A stretch of DNA of 64,000 bases from a virus. The position numbers and the translations under genes were made by a program. Below the pieces are notes generated by a model. It searched no databases and was not told the origin of the DNA. It worked only from the letters and a program-made list of their open reading frames with translations. Below, piece after piece: positions 43,567-55,117 of the stretch. The DNA is taken from positions 16,321 to 80,320 of IMG/VR virus record IMGVR_UViG_3300043444_000221; one strand, written 5' to 3'. Numbering within the stretch: the stretch's first letter is position 1; the number at the start of each line of letters is the position of its first letter.

Positions 43567-46500
43567 TTATGCTCCTACCTTCCATTCCATAGTATCAAAT
43601 ATGGTATCCATTGTCAAGTGCAAATTGCAGTCACATTCTCCACCATTCATATTCTCCATGAATTCAAAATGAGATAAATTGTCTTCATATATCTTGGTTA
43701 CTAGTTCATCTACTGTATATGGTGTGCTCATGAATTTGCCATTACCCATTCTTCATCTACCTCGTCGTCATAGCAGCCACAGCATTCAACACAGATAATC
43801 TCATTATCCTTGCTGCAGTTTGGACACAGATATTGGTCCATTGTCATCTCAGGGTTTTCACAGAACTCACAGATGGTTGCTGCAAGTTGTTCAATAGTAT
43901 AATCTCTAATGTGGTCTGCCTTGAACATATGTTCCATACTCCTTGTCTGCCGTCCATTTTGCAATCTCTTCTGAATCCATATCAGCGATATCAATCATTA
44001 GATTATTAGTGAACATCCAGTCCCTTACCCATTCGTATAGGTGTTCAGTTCCATACTCTAGGGTAAAGGCAGGGGTATCAGTATTGAGAGCATCCCATAC
44101 GATATCCTGTGTACGAATATATAGTTCTTCATCTTGGTAGAACTGGTCAATGATGTCCCACACCCATAGCCACACAAGGCTAGGGAAATGGGTCTCATTT
44201 AGTTTAGTTAGTTTATCTAGAATCTCGTCTAGTTCTTGTCTTGGGGTTGTCATAGTATCCATTCTACTACTTGTCAAGGATTTCGTCAAGTGTTGTAAAG
44301 CCTGTGTCTTGTACCTCTACCCCAGCCAGCAGCAAATCAAATGTCTCATTGATGAATGCCTTTGCCTGGTCTGACTTAGCCTCCACTACCCCACTATCAA
44401 TTAGATAGGCAAGTGGTAGTCCAAGATCGTTATAGACAATAAAGTCTTCAAAGATCTCATCGTCACGATAGTTCAACCAAATGTCAGCAAGTATGCTGCA
44501 CTTATCTTGAAACTCTGTAGTTGATTGTGGTGAATCCATTGTTATCTCTTTCCTCTTGAGCAGACTCTGTCATTATCTCTAATCTGTGAAATGTGGTGCT
44601 AGGTCTCATTCGTGCTAGATAAATACCAACACGCTCAATGTCTAGTCTTAGGTCACAAATCATATTAGAAATCTTGACAGCGACTTTTTCTTCTTCTGTC
44701 ATTCCTCTATGTATCATTGTCACCTCACTCGTTCATTATAGCAAAAATATGGGGAGAGGGCAAGTAGTGAAAGTAGGAAATGTCTACTCACCCCCTCCCT
44801 GGTGGTACAGCCGTCAACCCCTTAACAGCTGTACTATCCTAGGAGCTAAGCTCAACTAGGAAGCTTTGTCATACCAGACCATGGGCTCTCCAGATGGATT
44901 AAGCTCACGTACATCTACAAGACTGTTTAGCCAATCAAGAATAGATTGTGGGCATGCCTTAGACTCTTCTAGGAATGCATCTACACCTGTCCAGAAATCA
45001 GTCCCATACTCATCTATAGGGAAGTCAGGAGCAATGGCCCTAGTCTCTGCTAGCGTAAGCTTTCTGATATCACCTTCATATGTACGTGAACCAAGATGGT
45101 CATTAATATAAAGATATACCTGCATGGTTAGTAGCTCGTCCCAAGTGGTACCCAGCTCTTCATCCCATTGCTCTGCATAGAAGATGTTAAGGTCATAGGC
45201 CTTGGTCTCTTCGTAGGTAAACTTACTTGACGATGTCTGCATTGTCTTCTCCATAAATCTGCTTGAGGTCTTCTACGGTATCGCAAGGAATGTCAATTGA
45301 ACCTTCTTCACACTCTTCGCAGTTAGGGTCATAGTCACCGTCTTCTGTGGTGTCATAGCAGTCACATTGGCGGTAGGTCCAAGTAGGAATCTCTGTCCAT
45401 TCGTCTTCCCATGGATTCTCAGTAATGTAGTAATGAATGCGATTTACAAAATGCCAACCTGCCACAATGTAAGTGCCCTCGTCACCATCTACTTCAGTCC
45501 AGATGTGCTTAGGGTCTTGAGCCTTGACAAAATCTACCTCTTCACCATAAGTTTCAAAATGAATAAGGCTCTCGTCAGGATACTTACTAATAGTATTTTT
45601 GATTGGCTTGAATGTTTCTTCCCACCCACCATAGGTATAAAACTTAGACATCTAGGGTTACCTTCTTTCCATACTCTCTGATTACGTCTTCGAACTTATC
45701 TCCCTCAAGTTCTCCAACTTCTTCCATAATAGCATCAAACTCACCCTGTGTCAAGTTCTTGGTATCTAATACATATAGGGGAAAGTTGCTCTGGTGCTCC
45801 CACCAGTCTCCATTAACATTAGCAATATAAACAGTCATTAGCAGTCTCCGTTACTAGGAATCTTGTCTTCTGGTACACCCATCATAGATAGGATAGCTTG
45901 GCTTCTTCCAATGATGCCCTCAAGGAAATCACCATATGGGTCATTGATATCCAAAGCCTCTCGTTCTGGAATCAGTTCAGTGATATCAGCAATAAGATAA
46001 TCAATAATCTCCTGATTACTCGCCATCTTCATCCTCCTCATCAGACTCAAACTCTGCTACCTCAATGCTGTGGACAATGCCTGTGTGCGACCAGTCCTCA
46101 TACTCCCAGCCTTGCTTTTCTGCTTCCTCAACGCTATCAGCTTCAACCTCATAGCAATACTCAACAGTTACAGTTACTTCATAAGAACCCATTTATTTAT
46201 CCTAACTTTCTCTTAGAAATGGAAGTCTACAGGAACAAGATACCACTTTTTGGAACCCTTGTCAAGTTCTTCCAGCATATATTTCGGGGTAGTGGTGTAG
46301 TTATCCAAATCATAGAAATATGAATCTTGATTCCAATAACCATTTAGCATAGAGGCAGCAGACCTAACATAGTATGCTGTCATATCAAATCTATCCTCAT
46401 CTGATAGATTGCCATTGTTTTCAATAAAGGTATCAACAAGACTACTAAACTTATCTAGTTCTAGTCTTTCTCTGATACGCCCCATTTCTTCGCTACGAGC

Positions 46501-46749
46501 AGATAGAGAGCCTTGAAGAGTTTCCATAAACTTATCAGGATTATCAGCAAGTGAAACCACATCGTTGTGATTATCTTGGTATTGATTATTAGGATTACTA
46601 TTCCAACGCCCACCACCAACGACATACCAATCAGACCAGCCACCTAGTCCCTCACTTTCGGAATACATAGATTCAAACTTGTCTTTTACTTTATTGAAAG
46701 CCTCTTCTGCAGAATCAGCCTTTATTGCTATTTGTTGTAATACGTGCAT
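43567..46749 (-). CDS. Operon of small acidic hypothetical proteins (43567, 43728, 43906, 44267, 44502, 44856, 45223, 45644, 45838, 46016..46192, 46213..46749)
   Basis: Overlapping start/stop ORFs behind the promoter at 46780-46808. Confidence 0.7.
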
Positions 46750-46985
46750 TTGGGGTTGCCTTTCTACTTTGATACCTCAATTTTACACGCTGCCACTGAC
46801 ATTGTCAAATTGGGAAAAGAATCAGCGTGTCGTAATTACTTTTATATAGTTATTTATATAAGCTCAGATCCAGAATTTGGGAAATTTGTTACACAAACGT
46901 AATACAAAATACTTGACTAATAGTATAAAGTGTGGTCGACCACATTGCGATCAGTTTGTCAAGCTCAACACGATCCCTGGAGGGA

Positions 46986-47013
46986 GGGCAGTTTTACGTG
47001 TTGCCCAGCACGT
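46986..47013 (-). ncRNA. Post-stop pseudoknot, copy 2
   Basis: ACGTG-CTGGGCAA-CACGT-AAAAC-TGCCC. Confidence 0.65.
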
Positions 47014-47017
47014 TTTA

Positions 47018-48031
47018 TTATGCGTTAGCCATTACGCCTTGCACAACTTTTAGCAGGCGATTCTTCTCTGCATTTATCATTGGGTCAAACCCACTTGCAC
47101 TTGCAAGAATTGATTCGTTAGAACCGCCACGAGCAGAACGATACCAATCCAAACGCTCAGTAAGTGCATTGAACGCACCCCAAGCAGTGCCAGCAATCAT
47201 GCCATTGTAAGTGCCAGTGTAAATGTCATTGATAACATCTACCTTGTTTTCCCACTTCTTGACAGCACCCTTAGTGTCCTTGTCAGGCTTAGGGTATGCA
47301 GACAGAATGATGTCATTGAACTGTTGTGCAGTTACTTCTTGCTGAATCATGGCGTGTGCCATCTTGTCGAATTCGTCCATGTATTTGTTAGCAAGACCAA
47401 GAGTCTCACGAGCAACCGCAATCTTACCCTCTGCAGTCTGAGTGTGACGAATCTTGAAACTTTGCTTAGGGCCTTTGCCACGAGAACCTAGAGCAAGGTT
47501 TAGAGTGTTAGCACATACAACACGAACAGGTGTGATAGACGCTTGAATAGCAATCGAACCGTCGTGTGATGTATTGATAAGAAGATAAGTCTTTACCTTA
47601 TCTGAAACGCCGTTAGGGTCAAGAACGGTTTCACGCTCAAGAGCAAGAGAACCGAAGACAACACGTCCGCCCTTGATAGAGCCAGCAGTCTCCCAACGTC
47701 CGCCACCGTCCAAGATGTTGTCACCGAATGAGAACAAATCTTCATTCTGCAAAACCTTGTAACGCTCACCAACAACGCCAAGAACGTCATTCTGTGAATT
47801 GTCAAATGGGTTAGTGCGAGTAACGAAGAAATAGTTCTTGTCACTTGCGAATGTGTCAGGAATCGAAACGTCCTCAAGACGAACATTCCAGTTGTCAAGG
47901 TGTGCCTTCTGCAACATTTCTGCAGTGGTTACTTCTTCAGTGAAGACCTCACCAAGACCATGCCAAGCAGGCTCACGAAGAGAAGCAAAAGCAGTCTCGC
48001 CGTTTGCACCTTGTTCTAGTAGATGTGCCAT
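47018..48031 (-). CDS. DUF932 family phage/plasmid-like protein
   Basis: AWHGLG, VG.RY...QN, ETAGS..GG, YLL...SHDGS, TPVRVVCANTL, GTAWG..NA..E..D. Confidence 0.85.
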   Translation of the reverse strand: MAHLLEQGANGETAFASLREPAWHGLGEVFTEEVTTAEMLQKAHLDNWNVRLEDVSIPDTFASDKNYFFVTRTNPFDNSQNDVLGVVGERYKVLQNEDLFSFGDNILDGGGRWETAGSIKGGRVVFGSLALERETVLDPNGVSDKVKTYLLINTSHDGSIAIQASITPVRVVCANTLNLALGSRGKGPKQSFKIRHTQTAEGKIAVARETLGLANKYMDEFDKMAHAMIQQEVTAQQFNDIILSAYPKPDKDTKGAVKKWENKVDVINDIYTGTYNGMIAGTAWGAFNALTERLDWYRSARGGSNESILASASGFDPMINAEKNRLLKVVQGVMANA

Positions 48032-48210
48032 GTGTGTATCCTTTCGTAGGGGTTTTTCTGATAAGACTATTATGGCAGATACCTCTGACAATGTCAAGTT
48101 ATATTGGGGAAAATGTTTGGGCGTGTCGTAACGTTTTCGTAACAAAGTTATCCACAAAGTTATCCACAGGGGGTCGACACATTTTCGATCAGATGTCAAA
48201 TATGGGGAAT

Positions 48211-48239
48211 GAGCAGTTTACATGGACGTGCTCAGGTCC
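48211..48239 (-). ncRNA. Post-stop pseudoknot, copy 3
   Basis: GGAC-CTGAGCAC-GTCC-ATGTAAAC-TGCTC. Confidence 0.65.
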
Positions 48240-48284
48240 CTTAGCATGCAGGCAGAAAGAAAGGATAAAAGCCTGCAGTACCTC

Positions 48285-49191
48285 TTACTCTACGTTAACC
48301 CATTTCATTGCGGTACGTAGAAGATTGTCATAGTCCCCAGACATAGACTCATTCATATACTGTTCGACCTCGTCAGCTGAGGCTCCAGCTTTTCGAAGGG
48401 CCTTAGATACAGCTCCCATGATAGCGAATGCATTACCGTCAGTGCCAGTAAGTTTTACAGTTACAGTCTCATATTTACTCATTAGATTATCTCCGTTAGG
48501 GTTTCGTTGTATTCTACATCATCAGGGTTAGAGAAGTCAAATCCCGAATCCTTATAGTCTTCCTCATCCTCGTATCCTTGAAGGACAAAGAACTTAGCCA
48601 TTGCTTCATCTTCACTAGTGGCCATAACGCTGTATGATTCACCTGTTAGGATTGTGTATTCCTGCTTTTCCATTACGCCATTACCTCTTCCTTTGAGAAC
48701 TCATTCAAGTATAGTTCAGGGGTAGGGAGTTTGTCAAGCGAGAACACAACCTTTTTACCACCATACTGTGAGATAAATAGTCTAGTTTGAAAATCAATTG
48801 TATAGACACCCTCGCACATCAAATCATCTTCAATAAAGTCAATCTGATTAGATAGGGGCACACGACCAGTTGAATAGGTTACCACCTTAAGAATGTCTGA
48901 ACCTGTATTTCTAGTTAGACTAGGATACATTACAGCAAACTTATCGCTGTTATCCATTGTCATCATTCCGTCAGGGGTAACGAATGGCTTGTACATCTCT
49001 TCCAACTCTGATTCAGTAGCGAAGTAGCATTTGAATAGTGCCTTCTCCAACTGTTCTACAACATTGTAGCCAGATAGGAATGATAGAATGTTTAGGCCCT
49101 GACCATCTGGATAGTGGTCCCATTGTCCATACTGTGCAACAACAGTCTGGCCGTTTGAATCAATTACCTGTGTAATACCTCTTGTACCCAT
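48285..49191 (-). CDS. Three small hypothetical genes (48285..48482, 48482..48673, 48673..49191)
   Basis: G.DGNAF.IMG...SGDYD.LL; MGTR...QY..WD.YP.GQG; AAGGA RBS. Confidence 0.75.
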
Positions 49192-49384
49192 TTCTTTCCT
49201 TCTTTCTCTTGATACCTACAATTATAGTATGAGGGTCTGACATTTGTCAAGTTATTCCTGGCGTGTCGTAAGCTTTTTCTTAAATGTTATCAATTTGTTA
49301 CATTTGGTCGACCCCATTTTTCACCAGATGTCAAGCTTGGTTCTGATCTTTTCCGAAGATCATTTTGACATTGGTGAAAGTGGT

Positions 49385-49412
49385 GAGCAGTTTCAACACT
49401 TGCTCAGGTGTT
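49385..49412 (-). ncRNA. Post-stop pseudoknot, copy 4
   Basis: AACAC-CTGAGCAA-GTGTT-GAAAC-TGCTC. Confidence 0.65.
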
Positions 49413-49417
49413 TCCCG

Positions 49418-49597
49418 TTACTTCCCAACAAGGAAGAAACTTGATGCTGACTTTCGCTTCTGCTTTACGGGAATGTTCTTGGTCTGATTGGTAGCACCAA
49501 TAAACTTTCCATCTGCCGTGCGAACAACAGCCTTGTAGATTTCACCAGACTTGGTGTTCCACTTCTCAGTTGCGATTACAATCTTCTTTCGTGCCAT
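49418..49597 (-). CDS. Small basic protein (not in track)
   Basis: MARKKIVIATEKWNTKSGEIYKAVVRTADGKFIGATNQT...; AAAGGA RBS. Confidence 0.7.
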   Translation of the reverse strand: MARKKIVIATEKWNTKSGEIYKAVVRTADGKFIGATNQTKNIPVKQKRKSASSFFLVGK

Positions 49598-49632
49598 TTC
49601 TTTTTCCTTTTCGTTGTTGGGTTTATTAGGGT

Positions 49633-49666
49633 GAGCAGTTTAGCCTTGACTTACTCAGGTCAGGGT
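49633..49666 (-). ncRNA. Post-stop pseudoknot, copy 5
   Basis: CCTGAC-CTGAGTAA-GTCAAGG-CTAAAC-TGCTC. Confidence 0.6.
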
Positions 49667-49671
49667 TCTCG

Positions 49672-50118
49672 TTAGAGAAGTTCCATTACGGAGTTGTAAG
49701 TGGAAGCATTTACTTCCTCTTGCTGTGTCATCTTTAGAACCTTTAGGTTCTTCTTGAGCAAGTCCAACTTGGTGGTGTAGTCCCTACCAAAGTAAGTCTT
49801 CTCATTTGGTCGCTGTGGTTCTTCAGGTCGCTTAGGGAAACCAAGTGCCTCAGTATCAAACTCAACAGACACGCCATTGTAGCGGTAGTTGCCTGTTACA
49901 CGAACAAGTGAGCCGTTCTCAGTTCCAATGTTGCTTGGGTCAGATAGTGCCTTGATAGCGTGAGCAATAACATCTTTCTCATACTGCTTTACATCAAGTT
50001 CATACTGCTTGCGAAGTCCAGAGTAGTTCTCAATGTCCTGCTCTACCTTTGCGATTTGTGCCTCAACCTCTGCGATTAGTGAAGCGGTTGGGATTTTGAC
50101 GGATAGCGATTTTGCCAT
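49672..50118 (-). CDS. Hypothetical protein
   Basis: Own promoter and RBS. Confidence 0.75.
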   Translation of the reverse strand: MAKSLSVKIPTASLIAEVEAQIAKVEQDIENYSGLRKQYELDVKQYEKDVIAHAIKALSDPSNIGTENGSLVRVTGNYRYNGVSVEFDTEALGFPKRPEEPQRPNEKTYFGRDYTTKLDLLKKNLKVLKMTQQEEVNASTYNSVMELL

Positions 50119-50189
50119 TTTTTCTTCCTTCTTTCTTTTGGGTTGTATCTATTATGCCATTGGGGTCTGACATTTTACACCTTGCGGTG

Positions 50190-50215
50190 GGGTAGTTTAG
50201 AGTGATACCCAGCAC
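50190..50215 (-). ncRNA. Post-stop pseudoknot, copy 6
   Basis: GTG-CTGGGTAT-CAC-TCTAAAC-TACCC. Confidence 0.55.
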
Positions 50216-50222
50216 ATTGTCA

Positions 50223-50375
50223 TTACGCCTTGTAAGTAGTCCAGCGAGGCTGTCCATTTACATTGAGGCGAACACGCACCGAGCCAGATGCGTTAGGCAC
50301 GATTTCCTCAATCACGCCTGTAACCTTGCTCTTGAGAGTAGTGAAAGTGTCACCAATCTTGTAAGTTGCGGTCAT
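50223..50375 (-). CDS. Small beta-barrel-type protein
   Basis: MTATYKIGDTFTT.KSKVTGVI.EI; GGAAG RBS. Confidence 0.65.
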   Translation of the reverse strand: MTATYKIGDTFTTLKSKVTGVIEEIVPNASGSVRVRLNVNGQPRWTTYKA

Positions 50376-50676
50376 TTTGCTTCCTTTCCATTTTGTCTTC
50401 ATACCAACTTTTGTTGATAATACTATTGTAGTGGATACCTCTGACATTTGTCAAGTCTATTTGATAACATTTCGGTAACAACTATTTACTTTTTGTCTGC
50501 TGATTTCCAACTGATACTATTATGGCATAGCCTACTGACAAAAGCAAATCCGACACGCCGTAAAATCTGGGAAATTTATAACGAAATCATAACGACACGC
50601 CGTAATTTGACAAATCACAAAAAATGTGTCGACCACAGATCGTGCCAGTTGTCAAGCTGACACGCCGTGGTTTTAT

Positions 50677-51393
50677 TTATTTCTTAGTTGCACTGAACAG
50701 AATGTCATTGCGATTAAATACACATTGCGAACAGGCAACACATGCACTACCCTTTTCACTAATTAGTTTAATCTTCTTAGCATTTTCGGGGCATGGAATT
50801 GCAGCCTTCTCTTGAATGTTTGCAAAGTCTAACTTACCTTCTGCAAAAGTCTTAGCAAGGTATGCAAGTTTTACATCATGCTTCTTCTTGAGTTGAATAC
50901 CTAGTGAGCGGTTTGCACTATCAGTACTAAAATAAAGTGATAGGTTAGTAATTCCCATTAGTGGTTCAACAGCGAATTCTGAACGGGTATAAGCCCAGAA
51001 TTGAGTATCTGCATGATTAAGAATTACATCCTTCCATGCCAATACATAAGTCTCATTAAAGAAATCACCATCCCAGTGGATACGGAATAGTTTTTCTGCA
51101 TTACGCTTTTCACAGTCCTTCTTGAATGAAACGATCATCTCATCCAATAGGTTATACATTGTTAGATAATCAGCGTCTTTGAGTTGTTCCCAATTGGATA
51201 GCAATACATTCTTTACGCCTTTATAGACTTTTTCGAGTTTTCCTGCATAACAGACGCTCTCACATACAGTGGTCGCACCAGGGCACGAGTAAGCCTTTCC
51301 ACTAGGTAATCCAAAAGTGTTTGCGATTGTTGGGGTTTTTCCATTTGGGGAGACTGCATTAGTGACTTTCCTATCTTTGCTACGGGTTAGCAT
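50677..51393 (-). CDS. Gp88-like Cys-cluster phage protein
   Basis: CPGAT..C...CYA, RIHWDGDF, W.YTR, CPE...C..C..C. Confidence 0.7.
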   Translation of the reverse strand: MLTRSKDRKVTNAVSPNGKTPTIANTFGLPSGKAYSCPGATTVCESVCYAGKLEKVYKGVKNVLLSNWEQLKDADYLTMYNLLDEMIVSFKKDCEKRNAEKLFRIHWDGDFFNETYVLAWKDVILNHADTQFWAYTRSEFAVEPLMGITNLSLYFSTDSANRSLGIQLKKKHDVKLAYLAKTFAEGKLDFANIQEKAAIPCPENAKKIKLISEKGSACVACSQCVFNRNDILFSATKK

Positions 51394-51423
51394 AGTTGTC
51401 CTTTCTTTCTTTAAACTATTTTA

Positions 51424-54400
51424 TCAGTAATCTTCATCTATGTCAAGCCATGCGTCAAGGTGGTGAGCCTCAATAATTGCATAGGCAGGTGCCTCAAGGC
51501 TGCCACGCCATGATACGCCTTCGGGCAGGGGAATCATACGGGAGCCTTCATCTTCATTGTAAGCGTTAATAGCTTCAATACATACAGGTACCATAGATAG
51601 CGGTACAGGTGGATAGTGGTTGCCTCTAAGGTGCATACCAATTGCATCTTCTAGTGTTAGATTAGGGAATAGGTCTGAATCAGCCAATTCCATTGCCATG
51701 TTGCTTCCCATTAGTTTCCTTCTTTCATTTGTTCAATAATAGCATGGTGGATAGCACTTTGTCTAGTCCTTTGACGGCGTGTCCTTTTATCAAGGTGAGT
51801 GCCACTAGCATTAGACTTTCTAATCTCTCGCATACCCTCAGCATAGGCAGGGTTAGCGGTTGGCTTATACTTATTAGTCCTATCTTTCTTCATACCCTAA
51901 TGCTAGCACAATTTGGGGGAAGTGTCAAGCCCATCTTAATTAAGATACGTAAATGTTACCAAAATGTTACATTTGTCGGCACCTGTGGATAACTCTGTGG
52001 ATAAGTACAGAGCATCCCAGGCGATCCGCTTACAGTTTGTTTTTTAGTTTGTTTATTTCGTTAGCTTGCATCACGTTAAGAGTTACAGACATTGCAAACA
52101 GTACAGAAAGAGTTAGCATCATTTATTTTCCTCCACTCTTTCCGTCACGAGAGAACCATCTAGTGTGCATCTTTCCACTTGGCTCCATTAGATTATAAGT
52201 TGCGAACTCTTTCGCATCTCCAACATCAACACACTTCTGAAAAGTCTCTACTGCAGAGAGTGCATCTGAAAAATTATGTGATGACATTAGTTTTCCGTCA
52301 TATGAAATAGTTAGTTGGTACATTACTCTTCACCTCCGATTTCTGCGAATACTGCGTCAATAAACTTCTGGTAGTTGAAATTAGGATTGTCTGCCTCAAA
52401 CATTTCAGCAAACTCATCAGCAATTTCTGACAAGACAAGAAAGTCAATTTCATCTACATAGTTGTTTAGGATTTGTGCGGTTGCTACATAGTCTTTACGG
52501 GTCATCATTTTATTTTCTATCCTTTTCGTTTGTTTGTATTATTAGTTTAGTGTATTGGTCTGACATTTACAAGCATTGACTATCAGCGTGTCGCCAAGCT
52601 TCTCAACACTTGCGAGGGTATTGCATGAATCACAGATAAAAATTTCCATGTTAGTTAGTCCTAACTGCGATAGTGCGATACTTGTAACCAATTCCATAGT
52701 TTGGACGGATAGTTACAAGATACGCCTCTGCGTCTGAGTAGAAAACATCATCACGCTTTTCTGCGTATTCAATAGTGCCCTCAAGAGTGCGAGAGCGGTA
52801 GTAGGTTCCCTTTAGGGCTTCTTCGATTGTATAGACATTTGCTGACATTAGTTGTCACCTTTCTTTAGTAGTTTAATTATACAACAGGGGTCTGACATTT
52901 ACATCATTGAGTAAGTGTCTTGGTGAGCAACACACTCACCAATTTCACCATTTAGGTGATAGTGGGTATCTAAGCCCATTTCAATTTCTTTTCCGTTATC
53001 AAAAGTGATACGGACAGCGTGGGCATTGTGCCCGTGAATCTTAGTTACAACACCACTAGCAATTGGCTTAGTGTAGAACATCTTACGGGCTAGAAAAGAA
53101 CCATTAGGCTTTTCTGAACCTTCAATTTTCTTGCTACCTGCACGATTGTAGATAGCGATTGTTGAACCTAGTTCAATAGTGCGAAACTTTTTCATTTTTA
53201 GTTCTCCTTTCAAGAGACTTTCTTTAACTTTCTAGGATAAATCCTAGCATAGGGGTCTGACATTTTGCAACTCACAAAACGGACATTTGCCACATTTGTG
53301 ATTGTGATTTAGGTCTCATTTATTCGCTAGGCTCACCCGTTTTTCGGTTTATTTGCTAGGCTCATTTTGACCTAAATCTCTCTATTTATTTATAGGATAA
53401 GACTAGCAGACATATCTCAAAAAGTCAAGGCGACACGCCGTGTTTCTTATAACATTCTTATAACGACACGCCCGACTGCGTCGACCAGATCCAGGAGCTT
53501 TTGTCAAGTCCTGTTCTGGCGTGTCTTAGAATGGAGGCTTGTTGTCCTCTTCGCCTTGGCGGTATCCAACAGACTTACCAATTCGGTAAGCAACATAGAC
53601 GAACACAATGTCAAGCAATAGGTTGAAGCCGTTATAGAAAATCATTTGTTATCCTTTCTTTGTTATTAGTATAGACTAGACTAGGTATTCTGTCAAGTCT
53701 TCACCTAGATACTCTTCAGCGTCTAGGATAGGCATTAGCCCGTCATACTCGTGACAAGCAGGGCATACATAAGCGTAGGTTACGCCGTAGCAGTATACAC
53801 AGATTCTAAGGTCTGAATCAATCTTTCTAGTTTCGTTCATTTTGAACTTCCTTTCTTTTACTAAGATAAACCTATCACAGGGGTACGACATTGTCAAGCT
53901 TTTTTATGGCGTGTCGTAGTTTTAATTATAACAATTTGATAACGGGTCGACAGATTTTGATCACTTTGTCAAGCTTTCAAATCTGCGTGTTGCGTTTAGA
54001 TTTTGGCTTTACCAACCAAAGTACCTGAAATAGAAAGTGCGTCACACGCAACTTTTACTGCAATACCAGCAGGGAGTTTTGCAGGGTACTCATTTAAGAA
54101 TTGAGCAACTGCACCCTTGCTAGGGAGAGAGATTACAGAGACATTACCATTGAAGGTTTCTAGTTTTACTTTATACATTAGTTTTCCTTTCATTAGCCGA
54201 AATAAACGGCACCTTTTACATTCTGATGATTAACACATACATTACCACGAGGGATAGGTGTATGACACTTGAAGCATAGCATTTGCATTGGAGCATTTGT
54301 TACTATTGCTAATTCTAAATCTAGTTTTTCTGAGGTAGTAGCCTCATCAAGGGATACCCAACCAGCACCCTGTTCATTCATTCTAAAAATTTCTAGTGAC

Positions 54401-55117
54401 ATTTTTATGTCCTTTCTTTAACTTCTAATAAGACTATCCTATCAGAGGGGTCTGACAAATAAGGGCTTTATTTGCTTAGGCTCACTGTGATACTAGTCAC
54501 ATTTATTTGCTAAGGCTCATTTCCTTATTTATCCTTATTTAATTTTGATACGAGTATCCTAACATAGAAAAGCCAAAAAGTCAAGGGACAAAACGGACAT
54601 TCTTATGTGTTTTAGGTCACATTTTGGTCGACACGGATCGCAGCTTTTGTCAACTGCGACACGCCCTTTTTTTACATTTTTCTTAGCATCTCATTGAAGT
54701 CATCTAGTGCTTGCTTGTATAGTTCGGGGTACTGTTCAGCAATACCCTTTAGACGCTCATCACTAGCCTTCATTTCAGCATAGGTACCACCCCAATGCTC
54801 AGAGTGATTAGCACTAATTTCTTTTAGCATTTCATCATAGGTCATTATTATTCACCTACCTTTGGGCAGTAGGTTACATTTCTGCTACTGTGGAATGTTG
54901 CTCCACCTTCTAGCACTTTGTGTTCAAGAACAATCTCGTGTTCCCAACCCCTACCTGCTATGGCAGAGTTAGTTACACGCTCTCCACATTCGGAGCAAGT
55001 TCCAAACCATAGGCGGTTATCCTTGCGGTAACCATCTTCTGGGTTGATTACCTTGAAATTGAAACCAATTCCGTTCTCACGGATTTCTTTGAAGTTTTCT
55101 TTAGTGATTACTAGCAT
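51424..55117 (-). CDS. Series of short, separately promoted hypothetical genes (51424, 51711, 52123, 52323, 52651, 52899, 53676, 53996, 54193, 54848 and others)
   Basis: Each ORF or pair has an AAAGGA-type RBS and an upstream promoter. Confidence 0.7.
54486..54501. promoter_or_regulatory. CRP/GlxR-type box
   Basis: Perfect TGTGA-TACTAG-TCACA; 1-mismatch copies at 53303, 54606, 55203. Confidence 0.65.

Noticed and set aside
46986-50215. Hammerhead ribozyme reading of the CUG...AAAC motif
   Set aside because: Lacks the CUGANGA core and three-helix junction; the pairing pattern fits an H-type pseudoknot
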